Shown here: positions 13,296 through 24,919 of the stretch, in pieces
Layout: each line of letters begins with the position of its first letter
Numbering within the stretch: position 1 is the stretch's first letter
Origin: Mnemiopsis leidyi
Taxonomy: Eukaryota
DNA length: 64,000 bases
Direction: 5' to 3'
NCBI GenBank assembly: GCA_048537945.1
Contig: CM108484.1
Location: 18,945,034 to 19,009,033, forward strand
Program-made: the position numbers and the translations under genes
The notes under the pieces: model-generated
Told to the model about the DNA's origin: nothing
The model's database searches: none
The model's input: only the letters and a program-made list of their open reading frames with translations

Positions 13296-13925
13296 TCAAT
13301 ATCCTGACTCCACACTTTGAATCGCAAAGGGCACGACTCCTGGTTTGATTTGTCCAATTCTCACACACCATGATATCGGTTTTTCCTTAAGCTTGTCTAG
13401 GATTGAAACCAAATTTTCTTCCGGATTCTCGTTTTCAGCCTCTGTAACTCTAAAAACCACAATTTTTCTGCTTCTGTCAACATCCTGGTTAACATGCTTC
13501 ACTGCTGACACAATCCTCTGTGGAGCTAGAGCTGCTGAGCAACTCTCCTGAACAACCGAAGAATAACAGTTCAGTTCTGATACAACACTGTCCTTCACAA
13601 CTTGAGTTTCCTTGTCCTTCTTCTCAGTAAGCTGGTTCTGAAGCTGAACTATTTTCTCCTGATTGCGCATTTTGTCACTCTTGAGCTGCTCTATCTGAGT
13701 AGTCTGCTTAACAGCCAAGCCCATGAGAGGTAAACAACAACGATCAAGAAGATAAAACGCTGTGTACAACCACTCTGACAAATGTTCCTTCGTGAGTTTA
13801 CTATGGTTCAGCGATCTGGCTGTTAACTGTGACAATGCATTAACTCCAGAGGCGCTTCTTGTCAAGTCTCCAACCAGCTTGCCTTTGGTGTTCTTCACCA
13901 TGTCGACAAAATCTCCATAAAACAC
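13296..13925 (-). mobile_element. ORF with a coiled-coil followed by an L1-ORF1-like RRM signature (KIVVFRVTE ... VRIGQIKPGV); possible LINE ORF1 remnant
   Basis: 209-codon ORF. The heptad-rich segment QIEQLKSDKMRNQEKIVQLQNQLTEKKDKE is followed by a motif resembling L1 ORF1p NLRIIGVPE...RIG...RP. Judged by eye only. Confidence 0.3.
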
Positions 13926-14079
13926 ATCGCCCTTCCGATTCCAGTTTGTTCAATACCCATCAAGTAAGCTGGGCTATTGATTTGCATTGTACTTGTATAG
14001 TTCACAAGCTACAACGCCGAATAACCAACACAGCAGTTTGCGCTTATCAGACAAAGATAAGAAAGGGAATAAATTTCAA

Positions 14080-14193
14080 TGTACATGAATAACTTCAAAT
14101 TTTATGACTAAGTTGAGTACAAGTGATACCATCTCGTTAGTATGAAGTATAAGTAACGTTTCATTCTTTAAGCGTAGGACATGATCACACTAT
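14080..14193. repeat. Left flank (segment A) of a ~300-bp dispersed repeat interrupted by the foldback insertion
   Basis: Reverse complement of 30939-31036. Confidence 0.8.
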
Positions 14194-14201
14194 AAAAATT
14201 G

Positions 14202-15626
14202 GGCAAAAGGGTCATATAGTTTGGTGAGTGGGGCAATTGGCGCCATTGGCGCCAATGGATCCACTCAATGGATCAAATGGATGTTCCAATGGCGCCAATG
14301 GCGATGAGGTCAGTGGTGCCAATGGTGGTCACAATCGCCATTGGCGCCAATGGATGTGTTCCATTGGCGACAATGGCGATCGCCATTGGCGACCATTGGC
14401 GCCATTATAATGGATCCATTGGAGCCACTCGATGGCGATACCTTTTTCACGATCGCCACTCAGAGTGAATGGATCATTTGGAATTCCAATGGCGACAATG
14501 GTTCCAATGGCGACAATGGTTCCAATGGCGACAATGGTACCAATGGCGACAATGGCGACAATGGTACCAATGATGACAATGGTACAAACAATGGCGACAA
14601 TGTTACCAATGGCGACAATGGCAATAATGGCACCAATGGCGACAATCAGGAAATAAGTGTACCGACGGTGGTGCCAATGGTGACAGTGGCACCAATGGCG
14701 ACTGCAGTGGTGCCAATGGCGACAATGGTACCAATGGTGACTATGGCGCCAATGGTGACTATGGCGCCAATGGCGACAATGGCACCAATGGTGACTATGG
14801 CGCCAATGGCGATAATGGCGACAATGGAGATAACCATCAAACCATGTTATAATTATGCCGATTTACCGGCATTGATGATTGACGATTATCGGTATAATTA
14901 TTTCCTGATTATATTTATCGCCATTGGTGCCACTGTAACCATTGGTGCCACTGTCACCATTGGTGCCACTGTCACCATTGGTGCCACTGTCACCATTGGC
15001 GCCACCGTCACCATTGACGCCACTGTCACTATTGGAGCCACTGTCGTCAATGGCTATAATCCGGCATAATTATTTCCTGGTTAGCGCCATTGTCGCCATT
15101 GGTACCATTGTCGTCATTGGCACCATTGTCGTCATTGGCACCATTATCGCCATTGGAGCCTTTTCTGCCATTGGTAACATTGTCGCCATTGGTACCATTG
15201 TTGGTTCCATTGTCGCCATTATTACCATTGTCGCCATTGGTACCATTGTCGCCATTAGTACCATTGGCGCCAATGTCGCCATTGTCGGTACCATTGTCGC
15301 CATTGGAACCATTGTCGCCATTGGAATCATTGTCGCCATTGGAATTCCAAATGATCCATTCACTCTGAGTGGCGATCGTGAAAAAGGTATCGCCATCGAG
15401 TGGCTCCAATGGATCCATTATAATGGCGCCAATGGTCGCCAATGGCGATCGCCATTGTCGCCAATGGAAAACATCCATTGGCGCCAATGGCGATTGTGAC
15501 CACCATTGGCACCACTGACCTCATCGCCATTGGCGCCATTGGAACATCCATTTGATCCATTGAGTGGATCCATTGGCGCCAATGGCGCCAATGGCCCCAC
15601 TCACCAAACTATATGACCCTTTTGCC
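14202..15626. mobile_element. 1.43-kb palindromic foldback transposon built of CCAATGGCG/CCATTGGCG 9-bp units, with an 8-bp TSD
   Basis: The outer termini GGCAAAAGGGTCATATAGTTTGGTGAGTGGGG and its complement are flanked by direct AAAAATTG copies (14194-14201 and 15627-15634). An uninterrupted copy of the target, CAATTTTT on the opposite strand, lies at 30931-30938. Confidence 0.85.
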
Positions 15627-15634
15627 AAAAATTG

Positions 15635-15815
15635 TCAAGTTCAAAATTTAACATATTACTCAAAATTAAATGTGCAAACCATAACATCATCAAAAAATAT
15701 TCAATCTTATTTATTTTTAACTATCTAACGATAAAATATCTGCAACGAAGTTGAAATGAATGAATCAATCAAACTTTTTCAAAGTAGCAATCAATTAGCA
15801 ATAAATATGGAAAAT
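15635..15815. repeat. Right flank (segment B) of the same dispersed repeat
   Basis: Reverse complement of 30749-30930. Confidence 0.8.
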
Positions 15816-15852
15816 TTATATAAAAAGTATAAGTATAACGTATAAGGATGTT

Positions 15853-16974
15853 GTGAAATTCCACAAGTTTCTTGACAGTCTTCATCCATCAGCTAAGTTT
15901 GATCGGGAGGAAGAAAGTGATGGGAAATTGAGTTTTCTGGATACAGTAATAAAATGGATAGAGGATCCCAACCCAAACATCTCAACATGGATCAAACCCA
16001 CTGACAAAGGACTACTCTACAACTACTCGTCCTTTGTGCCGGATAAGACGAAAACTGCCCTGATATCCACGTTAGTATATTGAGCCTACCGAATAGCCTC
16101 TGATATGCTGACTTTCCACCTGGATATCACTGTCTTGAAGAACAAGTTAACATCTAATGGGTTCCTCACTCATCTTATCGATATGCACATTGGAGCTGTG
16201 CTTGGACGACATCATGCCAACATCAGTCAGCCAAGCACAACGGACGTTCCTCGCAAAGAAGTACTGGTCGTGATGCCCTATCTGGGACCCGTTTCACACT
16301 TGGTCAAAAAACAGCTGACAAAATTAGTTCACAAATTCTATTTTTCAGTTGAACTCAAATTTGTCTACCGGCGTGGATTTAGAACAGCCAACATGTTCAA
16401 CTACAGGGACAAATTTCCTCTCTCCTGCAAGTCCATGGTCGTTTATTATACTCAGTGTAAACAATGTGGGCCCAGTGCGGCTTATTGGCAAAACTGTCAA
16501 TACTGTATGCGGCTTATTGGCAAAACTGTCAATACTGTATATGAACGATTTTTTGCTTCAGGGACTGGTCATCACGCTTCTGACAACAAGAACAGTGCAC
16601 TTCTAGATCACCTATTCAGGACAGGTGATCCAAACTGTGACTTCGTTTTCAACGACTTAAAAATTCTTGACACAGGAAGTTATAATGAACAAATAAGATT
16701 TATTGAGAGCATTTTACTTAAGTACTTACCCCAGTATTCTATGAGACTACATCATGAACTCAAATGCGACGAATCTCTTTGTAACCAAATACACAATCTA
16801 GCTGCACGAAGAAATTACATTAATAAAAGTAACCTAATTACAGACACAGAATCATCAGACTCAAGAGCGGGAACTAGTACACCCCCACAGACACCACCCA
16901 TTCCTTATACACCGGTAGTAAAAGAGTTCACCATAAAAGAAACCAGCCCAATAAACAACGAAGGTATGCCATAA
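15853..16974 (+). mobile_element. Penelope-like retroelement 3' fragment: RT thumb (LSFLDTVI...KPTDKGLLYNYSSFVP) then GIY-YIG endonuclease (VVYYTQCKQC...IGKTVNTVYERF), degenerate
   Basis: The two domain ORFs (15853-16083 and 16105-16974) are in different frames. A 31-bp tandem duplication (16478-16508 and 16509-16539) sits inside the GIY-YIG region. Confidence 0.6.
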
Positions 16975-18444
16975 CACAACAGCCATCAATCTGACATTCC
17001 TTGTTACCTCTTTCCACTCGTAAAGTAAATATTAACCATTATTAATATTCAAACTTGAACACGATATCCTTAAACTAAAAATTGACATACTATAGCAAAC
17101 CAATACACAAGAATCTACCTATCAACCTGATCCCTCCCGAAGAAATAACATTGACTAGACTGACCCATTTCCAGAACTGAGACCTAGAACGGAAACAACT
17201 CAGATCGTACCCCCGTTACCTAGTATGATAAAAGGAAAAGAGGCTATAACCACAGAACCCGAATTACCAGAACTGTATCAGAGCACTGAATTACCAGAAC
17301 TGTATCAGAGCACTGAAACTCCCCCCCCTCACTCCACCGTTAGTAGAAAAGAAGTCATCAAGCCCCAACCTTACTGAAGGTATGACTAAATACTTTAGCC
17401 ATCAGTCTGGCAGTCAAACTTATCCCACTTATCTCTTCTCACTAGCAACGTTCATCATTTACTACTGTTAACATCTATGTAGTGCACAAACTTTCCCACC
17501 TAAAGATTTCTTGATGAAGAGCTCTACTTTCAACTTAAATTGCGCAAACACTTCAATTACAATCACGCTCTAAACGACTCTCGTTCTTAAATCTGTTTCT
17601 ATCGCTTGTGACTAATATACTGCTAACACGCACTACTCACTAGGAGAAGAGCAAGAGCCGCCCACACCAACTTTCAGAGTTGGGATCTGCTTGAAGTCAC
17701 TGAACACAACTCTGGAACAAGCAGACTTATAGATAACATCAGACTCATTCTACTGAAAGCCACGCTAGAAACACCTGCCTTTGCAGACCTAGAGGTCACT
17801 AACAACATCACTGACATCAAAGGCAATAAGATCATCATAAAGACTAAGAACTTTCAAACCATAAATCTGGTGAGACATCATGAGTGTAAACGACAGATAT
17901 ACTACCATCATCGAAGAGGACCTTCCAGGGTTACGTGTTAGAATTTTACTACCTGACAAGAGAGACAGATCAGCGCCAGACATCACTCAGGATTTGGGCA
18001 ACGTTCAAGGGTTAGGTCTCACCGACACAAACCACGGTTAGACTAGATTGTAATACCACTATTTGTAACAAGCCTGCTGGGGCTTGGACTAGATTGAAAT
18101 ACCACTTTTTGCATTAAGCCTTCTGGGGCACTGCAGTTAATGACGATTTAATGAAATTTTATATTTAACGAAACTGTATATTTAATGAAATTTTATATTT
18201 ATTGAAATTTTGAGCTTTTTAGATAATTTTTAGAAAATGATAATTTTTAGATAATCTTGAGCTTGTTAGATAAAACGTGTGTTGAGCTGACAATGATTAA
18301 TTACCAATCTAAGCGAGTGACAACTAAATCTAGCGATAATCCGAGTTTTACTACAACTAAGTACTAAATAACAAGTTACTAGACTACGCAAAATTAGCAT
18401 CCCAACTACACTACGGACTCCTCTATTACTTCCCCTTCAACAAC

Positions 18445-20740
18445 ACACTGTTACTATAGCAACGACACACTGTTACCAAGCAACCCCACACTGTTACCAT
18501 AACAACTACAAACTGTTACTATAGCAACGACACACTGTTACCAAAGCAACCCCACACTGTTACCATAACAACTACAAACTGTTACTATAGCAACGACACA
18601 CTGTTACCATAGCAACGACACACTGTTACCATATCAACCCCACATTGTTACCATAACAACTACAAACTGTTACCATAGCATCGACACACTGTTACCATAG
18701 CAACTACAAACTGTTACTATAGCAACGACACACTGTTACCATAGCAACGACACACTGTTACCAAAGCAACCCCACACTGTTACCATAACAACTACAAACT
18801 GTTACTATAGCAACGACACACTGTTACCATAGCAACGACACACTTTTACCATATCAACCCCACACTGTTACCAAAACAACTACAAACTGTTACCATAGCA
18901 TCCACACACTGTTACCATAGCAACCTCACATTATTACCAAGCAACTACACGCCGTTGCCATATCAACTACATGACACACTGTTAGTGTTACAAAGTAACT
19001 GCACACTGTTACCATAACAACATCTCTCTACTACCATAGCAACTACACACCGTTACCTTAGCATCGACTCACAGTCACCATAGCAACCACACACTGTCAC
19101 CATAGCAACTACACACTGTTACCATAGCAACTACAAACTGTTACCATCGCAACGACACCCTGTTACCATCGCAACGACACCCTGTTACCATAGCAACCTC
19201 GCACTGTTACCATAGCAACAACACACTGTTACTATAGCAACCCCACACTGTTACCATAACAACGACACACTGTAACCATAGCAACTACACACTGTTACCA
19301 AAGCAACGACACACTGTAACCGTAGCAACGACACACTGTAACCGTAGCAACCTCACACTGTTACCATAGCAACAACACACTGTTACTATAGCAACGACAC
19401 ACTGTTACCATAGCAACGACACACTGTAACCATAGCAACATCACATTATTACCAAGCAACTACACGCTGTTGCCATATCAACTACACACTGTTACTATAG
19501 CAACCCCACACTGTTACCATAACAACTACACACTGTTACCAAAGAAACGACACACTGTTAGCATAGCAACCTCACACTGTTACCATAGCAACAACACACT
19601 GTTACTATAGCAACGACACACTGTTACCATAGCAACGACACACTGTAACCATAGCAACATCACATTATTACCAAGCAACTACACGCTGTAGCCATATCAA
19701 CTACACACTGTTACTATAGCAACCCCACACTGTTACCATATCAACTACACACTGTTAGTGTTACAAAGTAACTACACACTGTTAACATAACAACATCTCT
19801 CTGCTACCATAGCAACTACACACTGTCACCATAGCATCAACCCACTGTCACCATAGCAACTACACACTGTCACCATAGCAACTACAAACTTTTACCATAG
19901 CAACTACAAACTGTTACCATTGCAACGACACCCTGTTACCATAGCAACCTCGCACAGTTACCATAGCAACAACACACTGTTACTATAGCAACCCCACACT
20001 GTTACCATAACAACTACAAACTGTTACCATAGTAACGACACACTGTTACCATAGCAACCTCACACTGTTACCATAGCAACAACACACTGTTACTATAGCA
20101 ACGACACACTGTTACCATAGCAACGACACACTGTTACCAAAGCAACCCCATACTGTTACCAAAGCAACCCCACACTGTTACCATAACAACTACAAACTGT
20201 TACCAAAGCATCGACACACTGTTACCATAGCAACATCACATTATTACCAAGCAACTACACGCTGTTGCCATATCAACTACACACTGTTACTATAGCAACG
20301 ACACACTGTTACCATAGCAACGACACACTGTTACCATAGCAACCCCATACTGTTACCAAAGCAACCCCACACTGTTACCATAACAACTACAAACTGTTAC
20401 CATAGCATCGACACACTGTAACCATAGCAACATCACATTATTACCAAGCAACTACACGCTGTAGCCATATCAACTACACACTGTTAGTGTTACAAAGTAA
20501 CTACACACTGTTAACATAACAACATCTCTCTGCTACCATAGCAACTACACACTGTTACCTTAGCATCGACCCACTGTTACCATAGCAACTACACACTGTC
20601 ACCATAGCAACCCCACACTGTTACCTAAACAACTACAAACTGTTACCATAGCTATAGCATCGACACACCGTTACCATAGCAACCTCACATTATTACCAAG
20701 CAACTACACGCCGTTGCCATATCAACCATACACTGCCGAC
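18445..20740. repeat. 2.3-kb minisatellite, 22-bp unit ACTGTTACCATAGCAACGACAC (~105 units, higher-order periodicity)
   Basis: Direct reading of the sequence. Unit variants recur in ~130-bp higher-order blocks. Confidence 0.95.
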
Positions 20741-20787
20741 ACTACAACCACTGCCACCACACCCTGGAGTAAGAACGAGGATCAACA

Positions 20788-21028
20788 GGGGCTATTGCGA
20801 TGCAATCTGGACAAGTGTCCAGGCTGGCTCCTGTAGTTCCGACTTCTCGGCACTGGAATTGCATTTGGCAATATAGATTCTTAACTACGATATTGGACAT
20901 CCGTTCATCGAGCCACTGATACCAGGAACGGGACCGAGGGCCGATAAGGGGCTATTGCGACGCAATCTGGACAAGAGTCCAGGCTGGCCTCTGTCGTTCC
21001 AAATTCTCGCAACTGGGAAATTATATAC
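20788..21028. repeat. Two ~80-bp direct repeats (GGGCTATTGCGAYGCAATCTGGACAAGWGTCCAGGCTGGC...) just outside the left TIR
   Basis: The copies lie at 20788-20868 and 20948-21028. Confidence 0.8.
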
Positions 21029-21493
21029 ATGTCATAAAATACATAAACAAACTAGAGCACGAACGGCGTGGATAACCTCAGTGGGCGCGCGCGGGTTCCG
21101 TCGGTGCTGCTTTGCAGTAGTCCGCGGGCGCGCTCGGCCTGATGGGGTGCGCGCTGCGACGGCGAAGTGGGATCGGCCACACGCTGATTAACATGGCAGC
21201 CAAACCGGGGTCTATTACCCGTAAGTAGTATTGTTTGTCGTTCTGACCATCGATTGCCTATATATCCTGCACACTTGTCAGAAGGGGTAAAATAAAGCAA
21301 TCTGATTGGTTTTACGCTCGCTGTCACGAGGATTTAAGGCCGTTTATTGGCTAAGATGTGTCTCGTGACTTTTGTCACGTGATTTATATAGAGCTTTAGA
21401 CCTTCAGCAGTTGGCTCAATTTCGAGGTAACGTGATCAGAATGTCATGTGACGAATATCACGAGGAGCTTGATACGTTAGCACTTTTGGGTCA

Positions 21494-21523
21494 AATTTAA
21501 GCCGCGCGCGCGGCTTAAATTTT
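21494..21523. other. Perfect 30-bp hairpin palindrome AAATTTAAGCCGCGCGCGCGGCTTAAATTT, ~270 bp inside the left TIR end
   Basis: Self-complementary. Its counterpart at 30066-30093 has one fewer GC unit. Confidence 0.9.
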
Positions 21524-22626
21524 TTCCTTTGAGCACAAGGTACATTGCACTATTCAATTCGACAGTTCGAACAATGACACAAATTGAATTACAAGATCTA
21601 CATTATTCCAATATAAATAATATTTCGACAATAATTTAAAACACAATAAAAGTAAGAAAACTATTAAACAGTATCTTAACAATAGCAATACAATAACAAC
21701 AACACAAACGCAAAATATTTTAAGCTAAATATCTAAGTATGTAGTGCTTATACCGTCGTTAAGGACCTTGCGTTTGCAATAGAAATATGATAACCCGCTT
21801 CTTTCCATCGCATAACTCAACATATTATTGTCCTTGAGTATGAATCCTCGGTTCGTCGAGCTCACGCTTTGTTTTGTGTGTAAAACGGAGCGGAAGTGAT
21901 CGATGGAGATTTTCGCGGCTTTGTTTATCCCTTTAGTGGAACACTTTTCTTTCTGTCTGTTGTCGGGATTGAAACAAAAGTATGTCTTCGCTGCAAGACC
22001 AACAAATCCGCCACCGCTCCACTCAATCTTAAAGAGACCTGGAAATAATCATACATTATTCCATTGATAGAATAATCATGGTGCCGTTATTTGATCATTA
22101 AATCGGTATCAGACGGAAAACAAAGAATCAAGATTATACATTAACTTGAACGGAAGCGATTGAATATCAGTATTATTAGATGTGACATATTACATATTAC
22201 ACTCACCCGGTGTACGTTTATCATAGGCGGCATTCTCAGCTGTATCAGACCTGGGAAACCAATGGCTTTTTGCTACCAACCACTCCGATTTGAGGTCACT
22301 TGTCACTAACTCGTCCAGAGTTTCCGCTGCCAGAGCCATGTACAGTGAATCTGTGGATAATTTATAGCATTTATCGTCGTTTGACTGTCACTAAGGCTGT
22401 CACACGGTGTAGAACCGTAGAAATTGTCAAAAAGCCGAGCAGGTTGTTAACTAAAGCCGCGCGCGCGCGCGGCGCGCTAATGCGCTTGTAAGTGATGTGC
22501 TTTATACTCCAATAAATCGTTTCGCGCGCAAAAAACGCAAAATGAAGAAGAAGACCGTTTTTCAACTTTAAGCAAATTCTTTATTTTCCGCATCATATTT
22601 GAATAAAATATCGTAATCTGACAAAC

Positions 22627-22783
22627 CTGTGTCCATTTCACATAACGAAAACAGAGGACGAGGGATGTATCGGACAAGGACGTCAAAATAAAACGCTAAC
22701 ATTCGTAGCTTAGCATAGGAGTATACAAAGAAACCAATCTGTATTGGCAAATTGTGTCGTATTGATTTCTTCTTAGAAGTTAC
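22627..22783 (-). CDS. polB candidate exon 7 (VTSKKKSIRHNLPIQ...YFDVLVRYIPRPLFSLCEMDT)
   Basis: Open phase-0 frame from a tttcag acceptor to a G|GTTTGT donor. MDT plus a following GAT could complete a DTD motif. Speculative. Confidence 0.25.
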
Positions 22784-22889
22784 CTGAAATTGATGTCGAT
22801 AGAATGTACAAGATGAGTTGCTTGCCCAAATTATTGAATAGATCGCTCAACAAGGGTACACTGGAAATCATTGCGACAATTATAATTAC

Positions 22890-23029
22890 CTCGAAGCAGG
22901 TATCCGACAGTTCATCCAATGTTGAAAATCTTGGACTGTTTACAAGGTCCGATGCCGCTTCCACGTCGACAATCTTAACATCCACGTGTCGAGACTTGTT
23001 CATGATGCTGTACCCGTAAAATGAATTGC
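22890..23029 (-). CDS. polB exon 6 with Pol motif B (KLIG|NSFYGYSIM ... LDELSDTCFE)
   Basis: The cccag acceptor restores the frame so that KLIGNSFYG is read across the junction, matching Kx3NSxYG. The following SDTCFE is motif-C-like but lacks the second Asp. Confidence 0.6.
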
Positions 23030-23173
23030 CTGGGATACAAGTCTTATGTTAAAAGAATGTTTTTGTTGCTAGTTCCTTGACGTCATTACTTTCATTTCTT
23101 GAGCAACACTTCGAAAACGCGAATATAATCAACAAAACAGAAAACCAGTAATTTAAGATTTTGCGAGACTTAC

Positions 23174-23817
23174 CAATTAATTTACTGGTCTCAGCAACGA
23201 TTTTCAATGCCGGATCAGTATCCCCAGCTCTACGGTCGTTTGACACGCGATCAGCGAACGCTTTGAAACAGTTTTTTGGTGCAAATTCAATGATCTGATG
23301 AATTCTGGACACCTCAAGGCCGTGTTGAATATACCAAGTCAATAATGGGGTAATCATTAAAATTTTTTCACCCCACATTGACCCGATAAGATATCGGGTG
23401 GGTTTGAAAGACTTCCCAGTAGAACTGAGAAAGTCAGTCATATGGTCGCCAATATCATTCTCGGTGACAGTGGTATTTTTAAATACCGGCGGCATCTCAC
23501 CAAAGTGAGATTTGAGGTTTTCAGGAACTCGAACATCACACTGAACTGCACCAAAAATCCTTCCATCTAAAATAGCGGACAAGATCTGATCTTGTGACAT
23601 CCTATACCGATATTCTGTAGGGTAGACGTAGCTGTTATGGGGCACGTGATCTCTCTTGTGTTGAGACCAGGAACACTCCCACATCTCCACAAGCTGATAT
23701 CCGAGACTACGTAGGTACTTGCTGGTCTCTTCTGTCTGCTTATATTTCTCATTAAGTGTCCTCCCTCCGACCTTGACGTCACGATTGTCTGGTTTGCATG
23801 TAGGGCATCCGTGATAC
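23174..23817 (-). CDS. polB exon 5, inside the left TIR (RYHGCPTCKPDNRDV ... RRAGDTDPALKIVAETSKLIG)
   Basis: tttag acceptor in phase 2 links ...GFC-R-YHGCPTC. G|GTAAGT donor at 23173, phase 1. Confidence 0.65.
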
Positions 23818-24092
23818 CTAAATTTAACCACGTCATGCATTTACAATATTTGATTTACTTAAAACATATATTCTAGATATCTTTACTGAACAATCATATT
23901 AATTGATTCCTTAACTTAATATATTAACTCACCAGCAGCCATGAAACTGGTATATCGTGTTGCTGGCTCTGAAATTAAAATATCGCCATAAAAATAGTTC
24001 ACCTTAAAGAACAAATTTAAAGTTGAAAGCTGAAAAAAGAATCAAAATTAGACGCTTGGTATCGAGCCAGGAATATAAAACCCAAAACTTAC

Positions 24093-24324
24093 CTACAAAA
24101 ACCGTCAACAGCACGTCTACGGGGACCAACTCTGTATTCTCCAACGTTGCGAGCATGATCTATCCGGATATTCTCTCGATGTTCAACATCAGCCAGCCAT
24201 TCCGTCGCCGCAAACGAGATTGGACTAGGGTACTCCTTCTTGAAGTTGTCGTCAGCTCTTCTTCGAATATAAATGCCAGTGGCCATATCTTGAGCAGTAC
24301 ACCAAAGATACAAAGCGTTAGCAT
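24093..24324 (-). CDS. polB exon 4 with Pol motif A (DANALYLWC ... VDGFCR)
   Basis: tttcag acceptor (exon starts 24324) completes the codon GAT: ILGL-DANALYLW fits Dx2SLYPS. AG|GTAAGT donor at 24092, phase 2. Confidence 0.65.
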
Positions 24325-24437
24325 CTGAAATACGAAAACATGAAATTTATATTACATAGACACGTTTAAAGAAGTGTAATACTCATAATTCATGGCAAGT
24401 ACTACCATGAGATATTGACAGAACTTGCATGACATAC

Positions 24438-24672
24438 CGAGGCCTAAAATCTTCTTGGTGAATGGTGCATCGATGTCGTGTCCAATTTTCGTTACACCAA
24501 CTTCCTGGTAGCGATCGAAAATCAACGCAGGGCCGCCAACGTTTTGAGCTAAAAACAGCTTCACAAGGTCACTATGTCGTTTTGAGAATAGGTGGAAGTT
24601 ATCTTTAACACCTTTGAATGCTAAACGAAGGGAAATGCCCGGCACTGAAATAGAATCAATGAATAGAAATTC
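24438..24672 (-). CDS. polB exon 3 (...ISLRLAFKGVKDNFHLFSKRHSDLVKLFLAQNVGGPALIFDRYQEVGVTKIGHDIDAPFTKKILGL)
   Basis: Open frame with G|GTATGT donor at 24437 (phase 1). The 5' end is either the ttttacag acceptor at 24673-24674 (exon start 24672, phase 0) or the tttcag acceptor at 24645-24646 (exon start 24644, phase 1). Confidence 0.5.
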
Positions 24673-24919
24673 CTGTAAAACTGATCAAAACAAAAAGATA
24701 TAATTAATCAAGTGTGTATTCATTGTATAACTATAATAATCAACCTGAAATCGCCTCTTTAAATATGTCGACGCCACGTTCCTCATAGTATCCTACCATA
24801 TTCTCCACTGCCTCCAGGAAAGGTTCGACGTCCCTGAAATAAAGTTATATCTGAATTGTGGTTCTCGCTAAATACAGCTGTGTACATTGTAAAGTAAGTT
24901 TAAAGGTAAATGAACCATG

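Larger units (their letters stand above)
21224..24043. repeat. Left terminal inverted repeat (2820 bp)
   Basis: Matches rc(27547-30361). Confidence 0.9.

Noticed and set aside
14228-15600. Mirror-image ORFs of 60-240 aa rich in NGDNG / MATMAP / PLSPL
   Set aside because: They arise from both arms of the CCAATGGCG palindromic foldback element. Every frame is open because the 9-mer lacks stops. They are repeat artefacts.
22300-22491. ORF MSLTRPEFPLPEPCTV... antisense to polB in both arms (22300-22491 and 29018-29287)
   Set aside because: It overlaps polB intron and exon sequence. The two copies differ only through the (GC)n indel. There are no recognisable motifs, so it is probably non-coding.
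23200-23260. RRAGDTDPALK considered as Pol motif C (YxDTDS)
   Set aside because: It lies upstream of motif B (KLIGNSFYG), whereas motif C follows motif B in all family-B polymerases. It is probably part of the pre-motif-B/TPR2 region.
23049-23840. The 263-aa ORF (MHDVVKFRYHGCPTC...) could be taken as a stand-alone gene in each TIR
   Set aside because: Its first 7 codons are intronic. The real exon starts at a TTTAG|G acceptor (23817) in phase with the upstream motif-A exon, and ends at a GTAAGT donor before the ORF's own stop. It is an internal exon of the polB gene.
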